DNA of 39,589 nt from an uncultured Holophagales bacterium (GTDB lineage: Bacteria > Acidobacteriota > Thermoanaerobaculia > UBA5066), in assembly GCA_937927565.1 (NCBI GenBank), contig CALBDV010000148.1, positions 1 through 39,589 of the forward strand. The letters run 5' to 3'. The notes under the pieces are model-generated. The model did no database searches, was not told where the DNA came from, and was given only the letters and a program-made list of their open reading frames with translations. Of the stretch, positions 34,029 to 39,589 are shown in pieces (within the stretch, counting starts at the first letter, position 1; the number at the start of each line of letters is the position of its first letter). The position numbers and the translations under genes were made by a program.

Positions 34029-34949
34029 TCAGGCCGCCGCACCGTCAGCCCGGGAGGGCCAGATGGCGAAGGCGACACCGGTGAAGATGAGGATCGCGGC
34101 GCCGAAGAGGCGGGGGGAAGGGGTTTCACCCAGGACGAGATAGGCGAGCACCCCGGCGAAGAGGGGCTGGATGTAGATGAAGAACGCCGTCGTCGAGGCG
34201 CCCGTCCGGGCGAGGGCCCAGGCGTTCAGGGCATACGCGCCGACCGTGCCGAGGAGGACGACCCCGCCGGCGGCGGCGAGGGACTCTCCCGACAGGTCCG
34301 CCGGGCGGAGGCGGACGAGGTCGGGAAGGGCGATGACGACGATCGGTATCGCACCGTAACGGAACACCTGGGCGACGAAGGAGAGCGCGGAACGGCGGGC
34401 GAGGACGTCCCGTGCGCGGACGAGGAAGAACGCGTAGGCCGCCGAGTTCAGCGTCACGAGGAGGTCGCCGACCAGCGTCGTGCTCCCGAACGAGAGGCCG
34501 GCCGTGCCGAGGAGGAAGACGACCCCGCCGAACGCGATCGGTACGCCGAGGAGGCGCCGCGCGGACGGCCGCTCGCGGCGCATGAGCAGCCCGACGACGA
34601 TGGTGAAGATCGGGACCGTGGCGACGAGGAGCGTCGCGTGAGTCGCCGTCGTCCGGTGGAGGCCGGAGATGAAGAGGACCTGGTTGGCGACGATGCCGAA
34701 GAGGGCGAGGAAGGCGATCTCGAGCCGGTCGCCGGGCGTCTGGCGCGGGGCGGGTCCGGAAAAGGCGCGGGCGGCGAGGGAGAGGAGGAGAGCACCGAAG
34801 ACCCCGCGAACGGCCGCGAGCGTGAAGGGCGTCAGCTCCCGCATCGCGACCTTCCCGAGGACGGGAAGCGTCCCGAAGAAGATCTGTACGAAGAGGAGCG
34901 CGACGTAGGGGGCGAGGCCCGTGCCGCGGGCTCCGGGCTCAGCGGCCAA
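34029..34949 (-). CDS. EamA/DMT-family transporter (second copy in the window)
   Basis: 306 aa with 10 hydrophobic segments (..YVALLFVQIFFGTLPVLGKVAM.., ..NSAAYAFFLV..). The TTG start at 34949 overlaps the ygfZ 3' end by 11 nt, so the start is uncertain. Confidence 0.8.
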   Translation of the reverse strand: MAAEPGARGTGLAPYVALLFVQIFFGTLPVLGKVAMRELTPFTLAAVRGVFGALLLSLAARAFSGPAPRQTPGDRLEIAFLALFGIVANQVLFISGLHRTTATHATLLVATVPIFTIVVGLLMRRERPSARRLLGVPIAFGGVVFLLGTAGLSFGSTTLVGDLLVTLNSAAYAFFLVRARDVLARRSALSFVAQVFRYGAIPIVVIALPDLVRLRPADLSGESLAAAGGVVLLGTVGAYALNAWALARTGASTTAFFIYIQPLFAGVLAYLVLGETPSPRLFGAAILIFTGVAFAIWPSRADGAAA

Positions 34950-35934
34950 GGGGAACCGCGGCGACGATGCACTCGGCGGGTCCCGACACCGAGTCGACGA
35001 CCAGAGTCGTTCCCGGCGCCTCGTGCTCGCGCCTCACGAAAGCGAGGGCAACCCGGTGGCCCCGGAGCGTCGAATCGACGGCGCTCGTCACCCGACCGAC
35101 CGTCTCTTCGCCCGTCCGCACCGCGTCGCCGGGGGCCGCGCCACTCCCGAAGGGGAGGAGCAGCGCGACGAGGTGCCGGTTCACGTGGCCGTAGGTCTTC
35201 AGGCGGGCGACGGTCTCCTGTCCGAGGTAGCACCCCTTCGTGTACGAGATTGCCGTCCGTTCCAGCCACGCTTCGTTCGGGAGGACCGTCTCGTCCAGCT
35301 CGGCGCCCCAGCGGGCGATTCCTGCCTCGATCCGGCCGGCTTCGAGGACTTCGGGAGGCACGTGCTGGGCACCGTGCCTGGCGAGTAGGTCGAGCAGGCG
35401 GGGCGATGCGTCCGGCCGCGTGAGGAGGTCGAAGCCGGGCTCTCCTGCGCGGGAAACGCGGACGACGAGGACGGTGCCGTCCCCGATCCCGGTCACCAGG
35501 TGCGAGAACGGTGAAGCGCCGGGTTCGCTGATTCCGGCCGCCGCAAGGACGTCCGGCGCAGCGGGACCCTCCAGGTGGACGAGTCCCGTCGACGCCGTCC
35601 GGTCCTCGAGCGTCGACCGGCTGAAGGGAACGTAGCCGGCCAGGATCGCGAGGAGAGGCACGGCGAGGGCGGGTTCGCAGTCGAGGAGGAATTCGTCTGC
35701 GGCCAACCGGAGGACGTTCAGGTCCGCGCGCATCTTCCCCTTCGGTGTGAGGAGTGCGGCGTGTCCTCCCGAGCCGGGCCGCAGGGCCTTCACGTCGTTC
35801 GTCACGAGACCGTGGAGCAGCTCGGCAGAGTCGGGGCCCGTCACCGCGAGGCTGCCGCGTCCCGTCAGGTCGGCGACGACGGCACCCGTCCGTAGTCGAA
35901 CGGCCCAGGCGTCGGAATCGAGTGCGGTCTGCAT
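34939..35934 (-). CDS. ygfZ: YgfZ/GcvT-like folate-binding protein (Fe-S cluster / tRNA-modification associated)
   Basis: ATG 35934 gives MQTALDSDAWAVRLRTGAVVADLTGRGSLAVTGPDSAELLHGLVTNDVKAL. The C-terminal region has YTKGCYLGQETVARL, the family signature K(G)CY.GQE. The track ORF extending to 37104 is an antisense over-extension. Confidence 0.88.
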   Translation of the reverse strand: MQTALDSDAWAVRLRTGAVVADLTGRGSLAVTGPDSAELLHGLVTNDVKALRPGSGGHAALLTPKGKMRADLNVLRLAADEFLLDCEPALAVPLLAILAGYVPFSRSTLEDRTASTGLVHLEGPAAPDVLAAAGISEPGASPFSHLVTGIGDGTVLVVRVSRAGEPGFDLLTRPDASPRLLDLLARHGAQHVPPEVLEAGRIEAGIARWGAELDETVLPNEAWLERTAISYTKGCYLGQETVARLKTYGHVNRHLVALLLPFGSGAAPGDAVRTGEETVGRVTSAVDSTLRGHRVALAFVRREHEAPGTTLVVDSVSGPAECIVAAVPLGR

Positions 35935-35941
35935 TCGTGCG

Positions 35942-35950
35942 ATTCTCGCA
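35942..35950 (-). promoter_or_regulatory. Extended -10-like element TGcGAGAAT (minus strand), 7 nt upstream of the ygfZ ATG
   Basis: The minus strand reads caTGcGAGAATcgcacgaATG. The element overlaps the A of the plus-strand ATG at 35950. Confidence 0.45.
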
Positions 35951-36924
35951 TGTGGCGTAAAATCAGACGCTTGAACGAAGTCACACCAAAACCACGTGCC
36001 CCGCGCCGTCGCCGGCGGACGGGACGAGCCGCCGCCAACGGCGCCGCGGAAGCCGCCGCGACGCCTGCCTCCGAGGTCTCCTTCTTCGAGACCGAGGCAT
36101 ACGCCCCATCCAACACGACGATCGTCGAGACGGTCGCCTCCGCCGCCCCCCCCGTGAGCATGAGCCAGGAAGACCAGAAACTCGCACTCTTCATCGACAT
36201 CGACAACGTCATCATCGGCCTCCGCGAAAGCGGTCACCCGAAGTTCGACGTCAAGCTCCTCATCTCCCGTCTTCTCGACAAGGGGAAGATCGTCATCAAG
36301 AAGGCCTACGCCGACTGGTCTCGCTACGCGGAATACAAGCGGGCCTTCCACGAGTCGGCCTTCGAGCTGATCGACATCCCCCAGCACAAGATGACGGGGA
36401 AGAACTCGGCCGACATCCGGATGGTCGTCGACGCGATGGACCTGGCGTCGAACAAGGACCACATCACGACCTTCGTGATCGGCTCCGGCGACTCCGACTT
36501 CTCGCCCCTCGTCTCCAAGCTGAAGGAGAACAACAAGACGGTCCTCGGCTTCGGCGTGAAGGGCTCGACCTCCGAGCTCCTCATCGAGAACTGCGACGAG
36601 TTCATCTACTACGAGGACCTCGTCCGCGAGCAGGTGAAGGTCCCGGCGTTCGCCGGCCTGTCGGAGAAGCACCGCGAGGTCTTCGCGCTCCTCATCGACT
36701 CGATGCAGGCGTTGAAGCGCGAGAACAAGGAAGTCCTCTGGGGCTCGATGGTCAAGCAGACCATGCAGCGCAAGAACCCCAGCTTCTCCGAGTCGTACTA
36801 CGGGTTCCGCGCGTTCTCCGAGCTCCTCGAGTCGGCCCAGAAGCACAAGGTCATCACGCTGAAGCGCGACGTCAAGAGCGGGTCCTACATCATCACCGGC
36901 TTCGGGCCGGGGACGGTGGCCTGA
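35950..36924 (+). CDS. NYN (LabA/PIN-like nuclease) domain protein with C-terminal OST-HTH/LOTUS domain and Arg-rich N-terminal extension
   Basis: NYN core: KLALFIDIDNV...KKAYADW......NSADIRMVVDAM...FVIGSGDSDFSPLVSKLKE..K.V.GFG. The C-terminal OST-HTH-like part reads ..LWGSMVKQTMQRKNPSFSESYYGFRAFSELLESA. Start candidates are ATG 35950, in-frame TTG 35971 (7 nt after TAAAAT at 35958-35963) and ATG 36160. GC3-rich codons upstream of 36160 argue that the extension is translated. Confidence 0.8.
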   Translation: MWRKIRRLNEVTPKPRAPRRRRRTGRAAANGAAEAAATPASEVSFFETEAYAPSNTTIVETVASAAPPVSMSQEDQKLALFIDIDNVIIGLRESGHPKFDVKLLISRLLDKGKIVIKKAYADWSRYAEYKRAFHESAFELIDIPQHKMTGKNSADIRMVVDAMDLASNKDHITTFVIGSGDSDFSPLVSKLKENNKTVLGFGVKGSTSELLIENCDEFIYYEDLVREQVKVPAFAGLSEKHREVFALLIDSMQALKRENKEVLWGSMVKQTMQRKNPSFSESYYGFRAFSELLESAQKHKVITLKRDVKSGSYIITGFGPGTVA

Positions 36925-36928
36925 CCCC

Positions 36929-37507
36929 GTGAAGGACCGCCCGCCGCCCGCGCCGCCGGGCGGCGCGGTTCCCCCGTGGCCTCTCGTGAGACGCGAGATC
37001 CTGGGTGATTTTCGTGTCTTCCGGATCCGGAAGGACGTCTCCGTCTCTCCCGTGAAGGGGACGGAGCACGCGTTCTTCGTCCTCGAGGGAGCCGACTGGG
37101 TCAACGTGGTTGCACTGACGGAAGCCGGGGAGATGCTCTTCGTCCGCCAGTGGCGTCACGGTACGGAAGGGGAGACCCTCGAGATCCCGGGTGGGTGCGT
37201 CGATCCCGACGACGCGTCCCCTCTCGCAGCCGCGCAGCGCGAGCTGCGCGAGGAGACGGGCTACGTCTCGGGCGACTGGGCCGAGCTCGGCTGGGTCAGC
37301 CCGAACCCCGCCATCCAGGCGAACCGCTGTTTCACGTTCCTCGCGCGCGGGTGCCGAAAGGTCGGTGAGCCGACGCCCGACGGCACCGAGGACCTCCGCG
37401 TCGAGTCGTTCCCGGAGCAGGCCGTCCCGCGCCTCGTCCGCGACGGGTGCATCCGGCACGCCCTCGTCCTCGCCGCCTTCCATCTGTACGGCCTTCGCCA
37501 GGGCTGA
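36929..37507 (+). CDS. Nudix hydrolase (ADP-ribose pyrophosphatase-like)
   Basis: Nudix box: GGCVDPDDASPLAAAQRELREETG. GTG 36929 lies 4 nt after the NYN gene stop. 192 aa. Confidence 0.88.
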   Translation: MKDRPPPAPPGGAVPPWPLVRREILGDFRVFRIRKDVSVSPVKGTEHAFFVLEGADWVNVVALTEAGEMLFVRQWRHGTEGETLEIPGGCVDPDDASPLAAAQRELREETGYVSGDWAELGWVSPNPAIQANRCFTFLARGCRKVGEPTPDGTEDLRVESFPEQAVPRLVRDGCIRHALVLAAFHLYGLRQG

Positions 37508-37523
37508 AAGCGCGTTTCCGGAA

Positions 37524-37560
37524 AATACACGACCCCGTGCCAGGCACGATGTCGTGTATT
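37524..37560. terminator. AT-rich perfect hairpin; likely terminator, with the better U-tract on the minus strand
   Basis: AATACACGAC..CGTG(ccagg)CACG..GTCGTGTATT: a 10-bp outer stem plus an inner stem. On the minus strand it is followed by TTCC, giving ..GUGUAUUUUCC. It starts 17 nt after the Nudix stop. Confidence 0.5.
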
Positions 37561-37730
37561 AAGGGACCCGGTGTCAGAGGCGAGACTGCGCCGTCAGGAG
37601 ATCGGGACGTCTGGACCCGGTCGGCGTGCGATCGCCGTGATCCCGTGCCGGCGGCGAACGATCCGTCTCGCGGGTGGGAAGGGTGCGAGTTCGGAGCGCA
37701 CGACCGGGTTCCCTGCTCCCGCGGCAGACC

Positions 37731-39589
37731 TCAACGCCTCCTTTCGAGTTCCGAAGGCCAGCCAACGACGAGGCTGAGGAGCCCGCCCGCCTTCTGCGCG
37801 GTCGAGGGGACGACGAGAAGGCGGGAGCCGTCGGCTGCGAGGGAGAAGCGGGCGCCTCCCGCCGCGGGGACGGAGAGGCGGAAGAGGGGAGTCACGGTGC
37901 CGATCCGGAACGAGTCCCCTTCTGCCGTGACTTCCGCGGACATGAGCTGTCCGTCCGCCTGGACATAGACGATCTCGCGGCCGTCCGACCGCCACTGGGG
38001 ATAGCCGCCGGAACGGGTGGAGACCTGCCAGCGCCGGCCCGGCCCCGGAAAAGGCGTCACGTAGACCTCCCACTCGCCCGACTCGTCGGAGAAGTAGGCG
38101 ACCCAGCGCCCGTCGGGGGAGAAGGAGCCGGCAACCTCCGAGAACTCGGTCTTCCGGAAGACTGTCGGCTCGGCCTTCGGCTCGAGCGGCAGGAGCCAGA
38201 TGTCGGACTTCGTCGAATCTGCGCTCCGGTTGACGAGCAGGGTCCGGCCGTCCGGCGAGACGGACGCGGGCTGGCTGCCGGGCTCCCCCGAGTAGACGAG
38301 CTCGACCTCGCCGGCCCCTTCGATCGCCTTCCTGTAGACGTCGTATCGCCCCTTCGGGTTGGAGGCGAAGTAGACCGTCCTGCTGTCCGGGGCCCACGCG
38401 GGCAGGAGGTCCTCGGCCGGGTCGAACGTAAAGCGGGTCTTCAGCCCGCGTCCGATCTCGTAGATCCAAAGGTCGTTCGTGCCGAGGCTCGGGTCGGCGA
38501 GCTGAGCGACCGCGAACTTCCCGTCCGGCGAGAGAGTCGCGGAGCGATAGGCCCCGGCGTCGCCCAGCGGAGCGGTCGTCTTCCCCGTGCGGTCCCGCCA
38601 TTCGAGGGTCGTCTCGTTCTCGGCCTTGCCGGTCAGAAAGGCCAGGACGCCGTTCGCAGAGGAGGAGAAGACGGCCGAGGCCGCGCCTCCAATGACGAGG
38701 ACGTCCTCGGCGAGCGGAACGGCCTCCCCCGAGAGCGTCCCCTTTGCGGCGTCGAACGGCTGGGCCACGAGGACGCTCTCCCGGACGAAGAGGAGCTTCC
38801 CCGAGGCGTAGTCGGCCTGGCTCGACGCGCGGAGCAGCTCGCGGCTTTCGCCGTCGTCGAGCGAGCCGAGAAGGATCGCGCTCCGGTCCGGGGCCAGCCC
38901 GCGCGCGAAGTAGAGGAACCTTCTGCCGTCGGGCAGGAACCGGGGGTGCCGGTGAGAGTTGTGCTGCGCCCCGTCGACCTTCGTCAGCGGATGCGGCGTT
39001 CCGCCGGCGGCCGGGATTCGGTGGAGGGGGCCGGAGCTGTCGGGGGAGAAGACGATGACGCCTTCGGCGTTCCAGGTCCCGCCCTTGCCGTTCGTCGCGG
39101 GACAGAGCGTTACGGGCGGGCCGCCCGAAACGTCGATCTTCCTGAGGACGCGATCGGTCCTCACGAAGAAGCCGAGCCAGCGAGAGTCGGGCGACCAGAA
39201 CGGGTAGCCGGCCCCCTCCGTCCCGGAGAGCGCGTGGGCGTTTCCGGCGTCGAGGTTGCGGACGAAGAGGCGGATCTTGCCGTCCCCGTCGACCGCCGAG
39301 AATGCGAGGCGGCGCCCGTCCGGCGAGACGGCCACAGGGCCTGGACTCTCGGGGGAAAGGCTGAACGTCGTCCCCTCCGGCGAGGGAATCGACGCTTTCA
39401 CGAGCGGGGCGGGGTCGTTCCTGCGGGCGAGGAGGACCCCGCCGAGCCCGAGGGCAACGGCGAGAGCAGCAACCGCCCACGGCAGCATCGCGCCGAGACC
39501 GTTCCGGCCCGCGGGCTTCGCCGTCGCGGCTGGGGCCGCCGTCACGAAGGACTCCGGCTGGGCCTGGTAATCCTCCAGCGTCACGCGAG
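37731..39589 (-). CDS. TolB-like (PD40/WD40-like) beta-propeller protein with TM anchor; probably the C-terminal two-thirds of a Ser/Thr protein kinase whose kinase domain lies beyond the window end
   Basis: The TM segment is LPWAVAALAVALGLGGVLLA. Repeated PD40-type motifs follow (SPDGRRLAF, WSPDSRWLGF, FLPDGRRFLY, LSPDGKFAV, WAPDSRTVYF, VSPDGRTLLV, FSPDGRWVAY, WRSDGREIVY). The reading frame is open to the last base of the window. The kinase fusion is an inference from common architecture. Confidence 0.8.
   Translation of the reverse strand, partial: RVTLEDYQAQPESFVTAAPAATAKPAGRNGLGAMLPWAVAALAVALGLGGVLLARRNDPAPLVKASIPSPEGTTFSLSPESPGPVAVSPDGRRLAFSAVDGDGKIRLFVRNLDAGNAHALSGTEGAGYPFWSPDSRWLGFFVRTDRVLRKIDVSGGPPVTLCPATNGKGGTWNAEGVIVFSPDSSGPLHRIPAAGGTPHPLTKVDGAQHNSHRHPRFLPDGRRFLYFARGLAPDRSAILLGSLDDGESRELLRASSQADYASGKLLFVRESVLVAQPFDAAKGTLSGEAVPLAEDVLVIGGAASAVFSSSANGVLAFLTGKAENETTLEWRDRTGKTTAPLGDAGAYRSATLSPDGKFAVAQLADPSLGTNDLWIYEIGRGLKTRFTFDPAEDLLPAWAPDSRTVYFASNPKGRYDVYRKAIEGAGEVELVYSGEPGSQPASVSPDGRTLLVNRSADSTKSDIWLLPLEPKAEPTVFRKTEFSEVAGSFSPDGRWVAYFSDESGEWEVYVTPFPGPGRRWQVSTRSGGYPQWRSDGREIVYVQADGQLMSAEVTAEGDSFRIGTVTPLFRLSVPAAGGARFSLAADGSRLLVVPSTAQKAGGLLSLVVGWPSELERRR

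Noticed and set aside
35935-37104. Upstream 390 codons of track ORF 34939..37104(-), which would make a 721-aa 'YgfZ'.
   Set aside because: This part is antisense to the well-supported NYN/OST-HTH and Nudix genes. YgfZ homology begins at MQTALDS (ATG 35934), which also has a -10-like element at the leaderless spacing.
37571-37777. Small ORFs in the convergent spacer (37571..37777 plus strand, 68 aa; 37574..37765 minus strand, 63 aa).
   Set aside because: They have no SD or leaderless-type promoter and no GC3 codon bias, and their composition is Arg/Gly-rich. The region is better explained as structured RNA or a 3' UTR.
37594-39480. 628-aa minus-strand ORF overlapping the TolB-like gene in another frame.
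   Set aside because: The alternative frame (37731..39584 and onward) shows repeated PD40/TolB motifs (SPDG..., WSPD...). This frame is Arg/Pro/Gly-rich with none.

Overview
Very GC-rich (judged by eye, not computed), gene-dense bacterial chromosomal segment. I call 37 protein-coding genes, two of them cut by the window edges, plus one tRNA-Gln. Nearly all of it is core housekeeping:
- pilT and a CCA-enzyme-family gene, gatC-gatA (no gatB here), and a cell-wall amidase.
- A GldA/GldF/GldG-like ABC cassette with a DUF4340 partner.
- lipA, psuG, and an acyl-CoA mutase large subunit.
- The conserved block TPR / lipoprotein / ispE / tRNA-Gln / prs / rplY / pth.
- rpsF-rpsR-DUF2232-rplI, a class A PBP, uvrB, ygfZ, and two EamA transporters.
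- A TolB-like beta-propeller that is probably the C-terminus of a Ser/Thr kinase.

The repertoire (propeller-kinase, GldG/DUF4340, DUF5666) resembles Acidobacteriota-like lineages, but I cannot assign taxonomy from the sequence alone.

I found no CRISPR array, transposase or integrase, prophage, toxin-antitoxin pair or recognisable defence island. Many long ORFs in the supplied track are Arg/Pro/Gly-rich shadow frames of the real genes; these are rejected below.

Most worth a second look:
1. A recurrent -10-like hexamer sits 6-8 nt upstream of many start codons, including an identical TGnGAGAAT before the PBP and ygfZ. This implies widespread leaderless expression, explains divergent intergenic gaps of 15-31 bp, and changes several start calls.
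2. A large pentapeptide-repeat protein and a Ycf46-like AAA+ ATPase lie head to head 31 bp apart. A stand-alone Lon N-domain gene coupled to a cytochrome c lies next door. This is the best candidate for an undescribed module, but it rests on inference only.
3. The 'methylmalonyl-CoA mutase' carries the Phe/Gln isobutyryl-CoA-mutase signature and has no B12-binding partner nearby.
4. A secreted or lipoprotein gene occupies the LolB position of the lolB-ispE-prs synteny.
5. A NYN/OST-HTH nuclease-like gene is paired with a Nudix gene.
6. A structured 223-nt convergent spacer lies near the 3' end of the window.

All functional calls come from reading motifs in the translations by eye. No database search was run.
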